Of a stretch of DNA of 64,000 nucleotides, positions 38,691 to 52,692 are shown one piece after another. Location of the stretch: contig OZ037765.1 of NCBI GenBank assembly GCA_964035545.1, positions 29,759,504 through 29,823,503 of the forward strand. The letters run 5' to 3'. A model generated the notes under the pieces. That model made no database searches and was not told where the DNA came from. It saw only the letters and a list, made by a program, of their open reading frames with translations. Both the position numbers and the translations under genes were made by a program. Position 1 is the first letter of the stretch. Every line of letters starts with the position of its first letter. Source of the DNA: Bugula neritina. Taxonomy: Eukaryota > Animalia > Bryozoa.

Positions 38691-40457
38691 GTTTGTGAAA
38701 CAGAATGAGAATGGAAATTTAAATGAACATGAGTTTCACATTTTAGCACACTACATCTAATGACCTATTTACTTAAAATTAATGAGCATTTCCAACCTGA
38801 AAGTAATCTTCTTGAAGGAACAAATCACGAAATCACAAAGACGACATAGTCGTTTATTCCGACAGTAATGTGGATCCCACCACGCATCAACAACAGCTAC
38901 GTTGTTACTCGCTGCAAGGAAATTTCCTCACTGAGAAGTGGTTGCTGGGCGCAATTTTATTGCTAGTAGCCTGAGCAATATAATATATTATTTGCGTGAC
39001 TCCAACATCAACCATCCAACTTGAACAATAGTTGCGAAGTCATAAAGAAGAGACAGCAACTCTAATTTCATGAAACTAACTTGCATATTTAGTTTGGGGT
39101 TGTCTTCTACAACAGTCACCTCTTGCAATATTATCTTTGAACCATCCACAATTGTTATTGTGGCAATTATGATGTCTCTTATGTTTGCATTGTAAATAAT
39201 GTACCAGTTATTGCAATTTGCTAACACATTTTTAGCTTAGCCATCTGCCTCTATTGGCATTTAGCAGCATAATTATTATCCAAGTGATTTAGTCATAATA
39301 TATTTACACTATGTTTGAATGCAATATTAATAAATTGATTTTATTTGATATTATACTAACTTTTATAGTAAAACAACTGTAATAGCCAAAGGTATATTGC
39401 AGTACTGCAGAATTACCGAATAAAAACCATTCTCTATTTTAGAATTTGCAAAATGTTTTAAATGCAAACTAAGAGTAGCTGTGCCACTTTGCTTTTATTA
39501 TTTCTTGAATTTGATTTTTAATTGGAAATAGGTTGTAAATGTGAGCAAAAGATGTAAGCATTTTCTGGCACATTATATTTTAATGAACATCAGCAAAAGA
39601 TTTAAGCTATGCAGTTTGTAGATGACAATTGAAAGTCAAGTCAAATGAATATTTCTATTTAGCAGCAGGTACAAGTATAAATACTACTCAACGATTACCT
39701 CTACTACATTACCCACCATATTCATGTGACTACAAGTCATTAGGAAAAATAAGCACACACTTATAGAATTTATCATCTTGAAACTGACTATATATACGTT
39801 TACAACGAGGTTAGCATGTATTGCATGTTACAGAAATATAAGGTACCTTGCTTCATTCCTCACCTGTATAAATATATATAGTTGGGTGAACAAACAAAAG
39901 TTTTCAAAGTTTGATACAAATCTGTAATGATAACATTTTATTCTGAAGACAGACTGGCACTAAAGTAATAGTAATATACAATATGCAACCAGGCATCTGA
40001 TGCTTCATGCAGGTTGTCGCAATGTGATAGCATGTTATGTAATTTATAATGACAGAATCTTATAGTTGATCTGGAAAGAAAAACAGCAACAAAATAGCAA
40101 ATAGAGCAGAGCTCTTAGTCATAATATTCCAATGCATACAAAAATACTATAGAAATAATATATTACACTGTCATGTATGTTGCGTGTTCAAAAGCTACAG
40201 ATGTTTACAGCCTATATCACGGTTTAATATATAGAAATATTAGCATAAACAGCCCATAACAACTGCTACAATAATGCAAACTCTTATCTCAATATAAAAT
40301 CACAGTAGACTTCAACTTTTGAATTAGGAAATTTTATATTTAATATCTTTAATATAAAATAAATTAGTGCTTTGAGAAAGTGTTATAGTTTTCTTAATGC
40401 AATAACCAGTCAAGTAATTTGCAAAATACAAAAAAAATATATTGTTTTGCTTCGTTT

Positions 40458-43400
40458 CTATTGCAGGGAAGTGAGAGACTCCTTTTGGGAAGAGATAGAA
40501 GGAAGATCCGGAAACATGTCGACGTAGAGCCCCCCTGTGAGTGAAAACAAAAATATAAATCTATGAGGATTACCATAAGCAATCAGCAAAAAATTCTGCT
40601 ATATCTTTTGAAGACGATATGAAACGATTTAATAAGCTATACGTAAAGTGATTATAAAAAGCATTACCAATTAATTGTGAAGACAACTTTGATGTGTTAT
40701 AATTTCAGTCCATTTGCTTACCTTGGAACATTTGCGAGTTTAAATCGTTTGAAATATTGAGAAAAACTTGAGGTTTCGTCTGCAACTGTTCATCTGAATA
40801 CTTGACTTTTGTCGGCACATCTAAAATAGTTTCGGGTTGGAACACTACGCGCCTCTCACTTTTATACGCATCCGGCTTACTGAAAGCTGATATGGGAACA
40901 TTCTTGTGCATTGACAGGTATTTAGGTGCAGCATTTCGATGAGGTAACTTTGTTACTGGGTCCCGTGGGTAACAGTCCGCCAAGTCTTGTTGATAATGTC
41001 CCAGCAAGGTACATTGGGGAGAAAAATTCCATTTCTCCTCTACAATGTGTTTCTTGGCCAGGATTGCTGCTCGTTTCTCTTTATCCATAATTGTTTTGTT
41101 GGCGGTCTGTGGGGGCTTCTCATATATATTGTAATATGTGCTGCTTAAAGGCAAGGAATCCATTGTTCTCTCTTTGACTGGGGTGTTACTTGGCAACTTA
41201 TCATTTAGTGAACTTAATGTAGACTTCATTGGAACAGAATTAGATATAGAGTTGGCTTTATACAACCCTTGTTTGTCAGATTGCTGAGATAAATTAGATA
41301 GTGTCTTTTGCTTTCCAGACTTTATACGACCTAAGAACAAACATGGATTTTTTTTCATCAAACAATCAACAAACAATCTTAAATTGAACAAGTTTATGTT
41401 ATTCCATCTATTGTTTACAGATTAACACCCAAACTTCCAATTAAATTGTAAAGCGCAGTATAAATTTGAACCAAAAATGTATTTAAACAGATACATCAGT
41501 GTTCCAAGAACTTTTTAGGTAACAAGAAACACGTAAATTATTATTATGCCATTACACACATAAGTTGGATTTTTCAATTTAATTTAGTGCCACAAAGTGC
41601 TGTATTTTACGAAAATTACCAGACTAACACAGTATAACTAGTCTACTAGCCGCAAAATCTAAATAAAGTTAAATGATTGATAAAAGAGTATATTTATATA
41701 GTTTAGTTGTGGCACAGTGAAGTTACATATCAATATAATATAAACAAAATAAGTTAATGTAATAGAATAACATACATATGCTACAATTTCTATGCCATCT
41801 TTTTTTGATCAAAAGTCTACATAATGGTCAACATAGCATTGCCAAAAAATGATGCTTGGGAAAGTTATGGCCCACAAACCATAAACAAAACGTACTGCAA
41901 ACATTATTAAAGTACCTTCTTTATCAACATGCATTCCCTTATCATTCAACCAATCTTTGTAAGCATCTGCACCATAGTCTAGTTTCCCAGCTTGCTCTTC
42001 TAGTATTGAAAGACCTTCTAACTCCTCAACCATCTTTTTCTTTTTCAATTTAGCCAACTCTTTGGCTACCTCATCTTTTTCTTGATGCCACTGTTCGGTG
42101 GCCAAAACTCTAAATGCACAAAATCATTAAGTTTCCTTTAAGCATTTTAATTAGGTTGACACCCAAAAATGGAGATGATTATATTTCAAATAAATATCTT
42201 TTATAAAATGCTTACAATAAAATATGTTTATAATATAAAAATAAATACAAAAATTGCATACGCAATTAAAAAATTTCTTTTTTCAAAGATTCATAAAATG
42301 AAACTAACATTACTGAAATAGCACTTTTAATCATATAAACAGTAATAATAAAAATTATTATGACTATTTATTACGCTAAAATATAGTTCTTATTTTGCAA
42401 AGCATACACTTTATATTAAATCTGTTTTCTCAGATTATTAAGTTTACCTTGCACACTGCCGGTGACCCCAGAGTTTAGCTAGGTCTAAAGGAGTGTGGCC
42501 TCTGTAATCTTTGACATAGATTTTAGCTCCGTGATCTATTAGTGCTTTTAAACATTGAATGTGACCCTCAGAAGCAGCTTGGTGCATTGGAGTTATCCCA
42601 TCATCATTGGCACTAAGAATTGAAACAAAATGCATACTGATCAGCATTTATAAGGCTAAAATTTGAATAAATCAGAAAATTTTTATAGGCAAATTAGGTT
42701 GTTGTGAAGAAACATTAGGAAAACATTAGAGAAAAAATAATTTTGTACGACCAATAAAATCTGCCAATTTGATTATTGTAGTACTGCATGTCAAAGTAAT
42801 GTAGGTTCGATTAAAACAGCACTAGAGAGAAAAAAAACTATATTAGGTTAGGAAAAACGCTTTGATGTGAATTAAAGTTGGAATACTTAAAAGCAAATAG
42901 CAACTGCATTTTACCCTTATACAGTATAATTTAAAGGTTCTATTGCATTTAAATATGAAAAGGCAGAATAGCATGAAAATACAACGATATTACTTACACA
43001 GTAACATCTGCACCCTTTTTGAGCAAATACTGCAACACTGCAAATGACATTTTGCCAGTTTGATTGCTAATAGCAAGGTGTATAGGTCTCCATCCAGTTG
43101 AACTAGATAAGTTGACATCATGTTTAAACTTTTCAACTAGCAGCTTAACACATGCTAGCCTTCCATGCAAAGATGAAAGATGAAGGGCCGCAAGTCCCTA
43201 AAAAATTCATTTCATTTTAACACAAACATGCATACTTTCATAAGATAGCTATTGTTAATTACATATAAAATGAAACAGTGTAAAGTTTATTAACCAATTC
43301 TAATTTTAAAGTATGAACAAACGCTAAAAGAAATGTGTGCTTAAAAATGAAAATAATGACTAAAAAGTGAAAAGTTTATTCTTACGTTTTTATCAAATGA

Positions 43401-43583
43401 TATTTCTTTTGCATGCCTTACACTCTGTCTCAACCATTCTTCATCTCCGATCGCAGCAGCCATAAATTCATCTTCATTAGACTTGGATTTTTCTTTGAAA
43501 CTAACCCTTGATGTAGTATTTCGTTTTGAATCACTTTTAGTACCACTTGCAATGCTTTTGGTACTAGCTGCTGCAGTGCTCAT
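40458..43583 (-). CDS. ANKRD53: Ankyrin repeat domain-containing protein 53
   Basis: Exons approx. 43583-43386, 43197-42998, 42612-42448, 42108-41915, 41330-40722, 40534-40458; EFMAAAIGDEEWLR, GLAALHLSSLHGRLACVKLL, TPMHQAASEGHIQCLKAL...TPLDLAKLWGHRQCARVL..QW match ANKRD53. Confidence 0.82.
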
Positions 43584-44149
43584 GCTGTAAATATAGAGTT
43601 TTTGTCAACATGTTATTCACTTATTGTTTTTAAAGTAAAAGTTAAAAGCAAAGGTTGTTAAATGAAATGCCAATGGACATCGTGATATTGTAAGTGGATA
43701 GTAGCTTAAAGTTAACTAATTAAACTATAAAATGAATAAATTTAAAAAATTAACTTTCTGCTTTTAAATTATTACCTTAGGCAGTTTGATTTCTAAACCA
43801 TTCAGTTTTTTGACATGGCATTATAACTTCGCCATTTTGATTCTGAGCTAGTAAGTTATCCTTTCTGGAGCATTCGTTGCTATGATGTTACTGCGAAGAA
43901 ACAACCGTTTCAGCGAATCAACTTATATAATTTTCAAACTGTAATAAACTTCCATCAATTAGGTGAAATGCAAAACAACGACCAATCTCACACAGCAAAA
44001 CAAATAAATGAAGACATAGCTTTTCCATTCACAAACGCTATGCACAACTTCCGACTACTAACGTCGAACACCAACCTTTCTCAAACGCGGTTTTAGTTTT
44101 TACAGCAACTGTGGTCACTCACTTGATATCTCCCTTGTCACTAAGCCTA

Positions 44150-44310
44150 AGATTACTATTAACCATGAATTGATCATAATCATTAACAAACATTTTAATG
44201 ATAATATAAATAATTATGATCATAATCAGTATCAGTAGGACTATAACATATAACTGAGTATCAGTATGAGTATCGGTATGACTTAATCTTATGAGTATCA
44301 CTATCAAATT
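44150..44310. repeat. Short 6-bp-periodic tract beside ANKRD53 5' end
   Basis: agtatcagtatgagtatcggtatgact. Confidence 0.65.
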
Positions 44311-44657
44311 TAATGTTTCAATTTGTATTGGCTATTGCTATTAATAATAATAATAATAATAAATGTGAATATCATATAAATCAAAATTGATACACTTAAA
44401 TACACAAGGTTCAGCCCCAAGACCAAGAGTGGCTTTTGCACAGTCATAGTGTGATATTTTTGTGGGTTGAATAGAACTAGTGCCTGAACATACTCTTTGT
44501 TAGAGAGAACAAGATGTATTGTGTAGTTGAAGAAATCTTTATTTAGTTGAATTATATATAATAGTGAAGGTCCTCTGCCAGTGAGCTCCAGTAGTAGACT
44601 GAACTACACTGGAGCTCGCTGGCTTTTATATACAACAAGATACAGTGCTTTTTCATT

Positions 44658-44797
44658 GTTGCCGAGATCGGAGGCCCGAAACGCCGAAAATCGGCATTTC
44701 GGTAGTCCGAAACACCGAATTTCGGCACTTCGGGCTTCCGGTAGCCCGAAATGCCGATTTTCGGCATTTCGGAAAACCGAAATGCCGATCTCGCAAC
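44658..44797. repeat. CpG-rich array of 27-bp palindromes within an outer inverted repeat (probable DNA-transposon remnant)
   Basis: CCGAAATGCCGATTTTCGGCATTTCGG-type units at 44676, 44707, 44746 plus half unit; outer IR GTTGCCGAGATCGG / CCGATCTCGCAAC. Confidence 0.8.
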
Positions 44798-45069
44798 CGG
44801 AAACAAGTACATGCAAAAATCTACTACACAATTACAGCATAAAAATTGATACGCAACATTAGTACAAGAAATATTACATAACTTCAGAATGCGTATTTCA
44901 GTAAAATTACATTATGTTGAAAGCTTCAACAGTAATTACCATACTTAGGCATTAGCAAGCTAGCTTACTTAACTATAATTACAGAGTTAATAACGATACG
45001 CAACAGTATTTATAATATACTGTTGCACGCTGTTATTTCGCAACTAATAGAGGGTAAAAATCCATTACA

Positions 45070-45500
45070 ATAGTGATAGTGATGGTGTGAGTAACATTGA
45101 TGACATTACTCATTAGTCATTACTGTATAACTATAAGTATTATTATTGCTATTAGTATTAGTATCATAAGATTAAGTATGAGTATCAGTATGGGTATTAG
45201 TATTACTAAAGCTAAAAGTTAAGATGTAAGTAGGGAATAATGAATAATATCACTGTCACTATGGCTATCACTATAAGTATAAGCATGGACAAATTAAAAT
45301 TTGCCTATCACGTTGGCTGGAAAAAACTACTAGTTTTCGCGTTTGGTATTTCAATTTGTAAGTCAAGTATAAAATTTAAGTCTTTGAGTTAGTATTACTA
45401 TTAGTATTAGTATAATGATAAATCTTGAAGTTAATATTACCAGTTTGGGCATCAGTTTATTAAATATGTATACTTTCTTATATTGCTATTACTATTAGTT
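45070..45500. repeat. 6-bp-periodic tract at 5' end of TRIAP1
   Basis: agtattagtatc/actataagtatt runs. Confidence 0.7.
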
Positions 45501-46157
45501 TTATGTATTGTTGCTCATTTACTGTGTAGTGTTTCTCCTTGCTGTTCTTGAACCAAGTAAGCACAGTTCTGGTATTTTTTGCTGCTAAAATTTTCTGGGA
45601 TTTCTTCTACATACACACATAACGAACCAACTCAATATTGTGATTTTAGAAGTAGGTACCAATTAATTATACGTAATGTAGGCTGTACCAAATGATTATA
45701 ACATAGTGAGTGAAGCACAAGTCTAGCTTTTGAGAAATGCTGGAAACTGAAAAAAATGTTTTCAATAATAAAACAAAATTAGTCTACAAAAAGCTACCAT
45801 CAAATATGGTTGCAGAGCTGAATTCTGATGGAAATGCGAAACAAAAAAGTGTTGCTTATTATAACTTTAAATTTGATTATTTTTTGCAATGTAACTGGAA
45901 TTACACTTGGCATTAAAAGTTTTGTAAGATTTTGTTTGCAATCTTAATATTTATAGTTTATGAACAAATAGTTTGTCAATATGCAATCCTTTCGCAGTTT
46001 AATAGTTAGTTGAATTTATAAGGGCAGTTAGCAGAGTGTTTAAAAAACTTGTTTTGTGTTACAACAATCCCACAAGAGAAGAAGAAACATAACTGCACAA
46101 CATTGCTCTCATTACCACAAAGGCAAACAATGCAACTTTTATTATTAATGTTTATAG

Positions 46158-46421
46158 ATGGACAGCATAGGTGAAGAATGTAAAGAGTTGAAGAAGAAAT
46201 ATGATGAATGTTTCAATGAATGGTTTGGTGAACAATATTTAAAGGGCAAAACAACGGATCCATGTAAAGTATTGTTCAAAGAATACAGAGAATGCGTTCA
46301 TAAAGTACTTGTCGAAAAAGGAATTAATGTTCAAGAAGCGTATGAAAAAGTATTAGGAACTTCTAAAGAACTGTCAGACCCCAATAAAAAGGAAATAGAG
46401 TCACAAAATGTAAAAAAATAA
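46158..46421 (+). CDS. TRIAP1: TP53-regulated inhibitor of apoptosis 1 / Mdm35 (twin CX9C mitochondrial IMS protein)
   Basis: [27 protein letters not shown]...PC..LFKEY..CV; ATG immediately follows a splice acceptor. Confidence 0.92.
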   Translation: MDSIGEECKELKKKYDECFNEWFGEQYLKGKTTDPCKVLFKEYRECVHKVLVEKGINVQEAYEKVLGTSKELSDPNKKEIESQNVKK

Positions 46422-46624
46422 AACTGCTAGTTGCATGTACAAAAACATTTATACAAGTGAATCTAAAAAATAAATAGCCTGACTACATTAACTTAGTAAA
46501 TGTGTAATCAGAACTTGAGCCATAGAGATAAATAAGATGATGATTATATTTTAACCAATAAAATATAGTACATGTAGTTGGCCATATGTGACTAGCGAGT
46601 CATATTTGGCACTGTTTAGATTTA

Positions 46625-47935
46625 TCAACGGTCCTCTATGCATGAATCAATAAGCTCTAGCAGACTTGGATTCTCCAAAGCAGCTGCAACTCTTTCTTTG
46701 TCATTGATTTGTTTATTGACTAAAATACAAGTGATTTAGCATTATCGAATACTAAGGATGATATTGAAGTTTATTGGGTTTTTATAATGATACATCTGTG
46801 GTACATATATGTTACCTGTGATAGACTCAATAAACTAAGAAAGCAAAAAATTAGAGCCAGTTTTAGTGTTATTTTTATTAAAAGACCATTAAGTAACACA
46901 AAAATGGATTTTAGTTCTCAGCCAACCTATATGCAAAGTAACTTGAATGAAAACCAAATGAGCTTTAAAATTAAATATTGCGTTACAGCTTACCATCTTC
47001 TTCAGCAGAATGTGATCCTTCCTTGACATATATATTGACTTTTATACGGTGTGGCAATGACCTTTTAAGCTTTTCTCTGATGCAAAGACCGATTAATGAA
47101 GCTAGACTGCAATGCGGAACTGTGGGAACGAATGTCACTATAATAGATGAATGTTAGTATAACATGAAACATGAGTAGCCAACAATCATATGAAGCTTTG
47201 TTAGCACGCCTGATATGTTCATAATTCAAAAGAAAACTCATTGTGTAGGAAACCCTGAGTATCATACTAATATGGCCAGGGTGTAGAATTTAAGTATATG
47301 GTGAACTATTAAGACTAATTGAATTGAAATCAGATGAACAATGTTACTTACCAACAGTATGCAAAAGAGATTTGGATAATTTTTTGACTTGTACACTTTC
47401 TTCAGTGAGAACTTGCAATTCTTCAAGTGTTTCTGGTCGTTCTGGATCTTTTATTCCTTTTAGAATATCTATCAAGAAATATAATCAATAATTTAGTATT
47501 GAACAAAACAGAAGTTCATAAGCATGCTAACGAATAAATTTTTATATATCATGTCAACTTACTTTTAGGAAAATTGCTTTTGAAAAAAACCCTATATTCA
47601 AAATTTTAAAAATTGACCACAGCCCAAAATTTTATGTAATTAACATGCATTTTAGATAGACTATCATAATTTGCTGTTCTAACAAAAAATAACATGAATA
47701 TTATTTAATAAAATAACCTATGCTATTTTCTCAATTAGCTTGAAAAAAAAACCCCAAAGAGAATTTTTTAGGGTGAAGCTTTTTATATTTATATTGTACA
47801 ATATAACAATTTTGCTACCTACGTATATTTACAATTATAGAAAGTTATATTTTTACTGCTCCCACCATAAATGTCTAAAGCTATTTCTTCATCTGGTTTT
47901 TCATCTACTAGACCATATTCTGGAACAAATGCCAT
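46625..47935 (-). CDS. CIAO2A: Cytosolic iron-sulfur assembly component 2A (FAM96A/MIP18 family)
   Basis: Not in ORF track; exons approx. 47935-47866, 47468-47352, 47137-46994, 46719-46625 give [61 protein letters not shown]. Confidence 0.9.
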
Positions 47936-48779
47936 GGCCTAAAACAAATTAATACTGTTGATGGCTGCACGTGGGATGGATTACTTAAACATACTAGGAG
48001 CATTAGAATGTTGTGTATCTAAGGCAAGCACGCTTAATTTCAAGCACCTAGAACTTTTTTCATTGCCACAATCTACAGCAGAAATTTAATGTAAAAAACT
48101 AAAGCTGGACTACATACTTTGTCAAAATTAGAAACTTAAAAATGTTCATCAAGTAAATATCAATTATTTTGGCATCTGGTATAAAAATAAAATACTAAAC
48201 ATTGATAGTTTAGGCATTCATGAAATTTCAGTAACTTTGAAAGATGGCTAAATTAATTTCAGCCAAAATTATTATATCACACTGCTAATTTCAAGATTGC
48301 ATTAGGAAATTAAGCATATTTCTTGAAAAGGTTATAAATCTCAACTACACCACCAAAATCAAGTTGACTTATTACTTGGAATTTCTCAACTCAACTAATT
48401 GATTTGACTTACAGCAAGCTGCTAAAAATTCTACCAGCTAAAGTCTAGGGCTATTTGGCAAAACTTTTAGTGTTTATAGAAAACTTTCAGTTAATTGCTT
48501 TTTAAATCATTATTGCAAATTACATTTTAAAGTATAGCTAGAACTAGTATTAAATTTGATCTTTTGAGGGATTTACATAGTCATATAGCCCCATGATACA
48601 ACATTGTCAAGCATATATTCCAATCCATTAAAAAAACTAAACTCACTCAATAATTCCACTTTTGATTTCAAGATCAATTTCAAAATTAATATCAATATAC
48701 TATGAAATAGAATGGGTCTACAAAAAGCAAAGCAAACGCTTTGACACACTCAACTACACCAATACTATAACATTAACTG

Positions 48780-49500
48780 CTACAGTTGGTCAGTGACTAG
48801 GATTTACTATCAGTACTATCTATAACTAACAGAATCAGTATGAGTATCGGCTATCATTGTAATCATCATAGATTTATAATCATAGTGATACTGATAGACC
48901 ATAGTGATAGAGTGACCATCTGAGTATCACTATCAGTGACGATCAGCACCACTATGGTCATCACCATTAGTGCTACAACTACAATCATTCAAGAAGACAT
49001 TGCTACAAGTAACAACATCATATTAATTCGATATGAAATTTGATATGACTTATGAGTATGACTATGACCTGCACCCCTAGGCCTACGAGTATGAGTATCA
49101 GCATGTATAACTAATAGTAATAGTATTACTAATAGTAATACTATAAGTATAAACAGTATAACTATAACTATAAGATTAAGTGTAAAACTAAAAGTAAAAC
49201 TAAATCAGTAAATGGTTATGAGATTGAGTTGTTGTAGACAAATTACAAATAAAAATGCACAATTAAAATAATAATACTAATAGTAATACTAATATTATTT
49301 ATTAGTGTTACCATTATGATTATCATTTAATTTTATGATTAATGATTATCAATATGAATATGAATATTAATATTATATTTAATTTTATAGCAAGTGCAAC
49401 AAATTGAAATACAATATGAATATGAATATCATTATGATTATCACTCGCCACATATAATTATAACTAAAAGAACTAGAAGTAGAATTACTACAGTCTAGAA
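48780..49500. repeat. 6-bp-periodic tract at 5' end of CIAO2A
   Basis: gatactgataga/agtatgagtatc/aatagtaatact runs. Confidence 0.8.
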
Positions 49501-50029
49501 GTGTTAACTCCAGAGTATAGGGTGCCGTATTCCCTAACCAACGCCAAGGATAAAAGGCCCTCACTCTGTCCCAAACAATGAATTGGAAAAGAAAGAAGTC
49601 ATTATTTCTAGTTCAGTGGCCCTAACTTTAAGATAGCTTAAGATTGGAACTTTGAACCTTGAAATCAAGCCGTGGAACGGTAGCCAAATCGATACCTTTT
49701 CTCGCTAGGTTTTAGACTATCGGTCACAAGGCCGATGTTGTTTTTGCTCTACTATTTAGTATGTAGGTAAAGCTTCCAAAAATTACAGCGATAACGTATT
49801 TGTCTGCAAGTGTACTCAAAAGCCTTAGCGGTAAAATCCGAATAAAGAGGAAAATTATGCTCCAAGCTCCAAGTTTTTTAAATAATTATAATAGGACACG
49901 GTACAGGCCTCAGTACCTTATAAATATCACTCAAAATGTTTTACAACTCTAATATATTGTGTAATAAATAATATTTTGCTAAAATAATTCGACTACATAA
50001 CGTTGTCAAGCCCAATCACTTATCAGTTA

Positions 50030-50440
50030 ATGTTATCAATATCAGTATTTGAATTTTAATTTATGTTACAACTTATAATCATAATGTCAATGATAATCAA
50101 AAATACAAATACAATGTCAAATGTGAATTACAAAGTTTTTAATTATTTTTAGTTGCATATTGATATTTTCAAATGATTATTTCTAAATAAAAATTAGCTT
50201 GGTTCACCTAATCACTCAGTTAATAACTGAGCATTGTCATACTTAACATTTATACTTTATAGCCATAGTGTCGTGATCTAGTTGAAAAGATAGGCGACAA
50301 CAACTAATAGTTAATTAGTAACTACTACAAACTTCTCAAGATACTCTTCATTTCAACTTTTCAAATTCATGTCATATGTAACTATTGTTACTATTAGTAT
50401 TGCTATTAGTATATGTAAAATACTAAGTGTGCATTGTAAA
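50030..50440. repeat. Weaker 6-bp-periodic tract at 5' end of orphan gene
   Basis: actattagtattgctattagt etc.; patchy. Confidence 0.45.
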
Positions 50441-50933
50441 TGTATATTGTGTTATGTATTTAGGTTATAGCTTAAATATTTCTTTTATATAAACATTTAT
50501 TTTTACTGCTACCGATATTTATAGGCTCAGTAGGCTGCATCATAATCCTTCTGTAATAGTTCTGCCAAATGCTGGATATCAAGTGCCCAGGCTCAAAACT
50601 TACAGTTACTCACTCGGTTAGCTTTATTTTATTTAAAGGGTTTCCTGTAGATTCATAAGTTACAGTTAATATTGGCCAATAGTTGATTTATGTTGTGGCT
50701 CAGTTTTTTAAGGGCAAATTTTTCTCAGGAAAACTATTGTATATTGTACATAGTTTGAGCCGCAACATGATCTGCGTCAAATTTTTTTGGTAATTTACGT
50801 GTTCATACTATCTCACCAAGACCACAATTGCTCAATTTTATATTCATGAATTTTCCTCTGTTCCAGTTAGGTATGTCATTATATTACAGTGAATTTCTTT
50901 ACAATTTTCTATTTACTTTCCTCTATTTTAGGT

Positions 50934-51789
50934 ATGGAAGATCTTGTTAATTTGATTTCAAAAATTCCTATACAAAATTATAAAGAGGAAAAAATTAGTG
51001 TTGCTGAAATAAAGCTCAAGTTAAAACCACTTAATGATGAGGTTGAAGGTATTTAATATATTATTATTATTGATGTAATGTAGCATAAAACTGCTTTACT
51101 CAGATCAATATTTTTGGTTTCAATTTGATTGGAATTTTTAAAAATGTTTAAGAATTTTACCAGCTATAGAAAGTTGGAATTTGTTGCAATTCTGAATTCA
51201 GATTTATAAAACAAATTTATAGAACGTTATGCCAGCACGCAAACATTGTTGGAAAATTCCTCCTTGTCATCACATGTGCCTAAACATACGGATGAACTTT
51301 CAGTATCAGATGGTGAAGCAAAGAAACTCCAAACAGATTTACAGTAGGCTATTATATAACTTACATTACAGACTTAGGTTATTTAAGTTACCAATTTCAC
51401 AAGCAGTAGCGTTTTTCTTGCCTGTCTTTGCCAAATTATAGATGTAGCTTGTAGATATGACCTTTTCAGTTGTTATTATTAAATTATATATATGAGTGAG
51501 ACTTAAAGATTAGTCTTATTATTATTTTTATTTACGTTCTTTTATTATTATTATTTATATTATTTTATTATAATAAATATATAATAAAATGATATAAATA
51601 TAAAATAGTAAAGAATAATAATAAAGCTAATCTTCAAGTCTCACTCATAGTCATCAGTAATTATTTCGTTACCTAAATATATTTCGTTATATCTATAATA
51701 TCGTGCATTTGTCATTTTTTAGAATGAAAGTTCGGTTGTTAGAAAAAGCAACTAAAGTAAAATTTACAAGTGCAAACTCAGGAGGTTAG
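50934..51789 (+). CDS. Uncharacterised ~100-aa protein (3 coding exons)
   Basis: Exons 50934-51048, 51223-51343, 51723-51789 phase-compatible: MEDLVNLISKIPIQNYKEEKISVAEIKLKLKPLNDEVEERYASTQTLLENSSLSSHVPKHTDELSVSDGEAKKLQTDLQMKVRLLEKATKVKFTSANSGG*. Confidence 0.6.
51491..51649. mobile_element. AT-rich foldback element/MITE in intron
   Basis: TATGAGTGAGACTTAAAGATTAGTCTTATT... vs ...AATAAAGCTAATCTTCAAGTCTCACTCATA (~35-bp imperfect TIR). Confidence 0.75.
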
Positions 51790-52692
51790 TATTGTCTCAC
51801 TGCACCTCCACTGAAGGTCAACTCCATCAGTTTAATAATTAGTTAATAATAAGCATGCAGGTAAGAAAATGAGGTCAAAACTCTAATATTTATTACCAAC
51901 TCCCATACTTATAGACATTGAAACTAATGGTGTGAAGTAGAAACTACATGCAAAGATTGTTTGTAGCTCTTACTTTCTTAATTTTGGTGGTCTGGGATGA
52001 TATTGAAAATTCAACGAATGAATTTTCAGCATTACAAAGATTAGTTACTTGAAATTTATAAGTATTCTTAGTCTTAGAGAAAAACAAAACAAAACCTTAC
52101 CAGTTGATTCAGGGACTTGTCATTTGCAAATAAAATCTATTATATTGCTGCATTTACTTTTTTATTGACATATTGATTTATGATTTTGAGCTAATCGTGA
52201 CTTTTCAGGAGGTTTTGTTGTTTAAATTACTAAAAAAAATTTCAATGTTGAAAGATTCAAGAGATCCTTTAAAGTAAGATCATATTATATTATACAAAAC
52301 TTAGCACAGTAATATTTTTTATGAATCAAACTATTAGATTATTTTAAACAAAAATAGTGTACTTTTATCATTTTATTTCACTGTTTATGATTGTGATTTA
52401 GTTCTGCTTCACCATGGGAAGACCAAGAAGTTTGTTATTCCTACTACACTGAGTAAGCAGTGTGTCGCGGATGATATGTGGAAGCAAATGGAACATTCAA
52501 AACCACCATTATGATTTGTTCACTAAACACAATAATATAATGCTTTTGTGCACTATTATCAATTGATTGTTGTTGTATATAGATAAAAATAATAATTATG
52601 TTTTTCAAATGAATTTCTTTCAATAACATATTTATTCTCTACTAAAACATAAAAAATTATGTTGTTGACTTTTTCCTCAGTTTAGTTCTTTA

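Noticed and set aside
43830-43890. YY1-like CGCCATTTT and half X-box GTTGCTATG near ANKRD53 5' end
   Set aside because: Short motifs expected by chance; not supportable without conservation data
44552-44862. Four overlapping ORFs / CRISPR-like look
   Set aside because: Palindromic repeat artefact; eukaryotic context, no unique spacers, no cas genes
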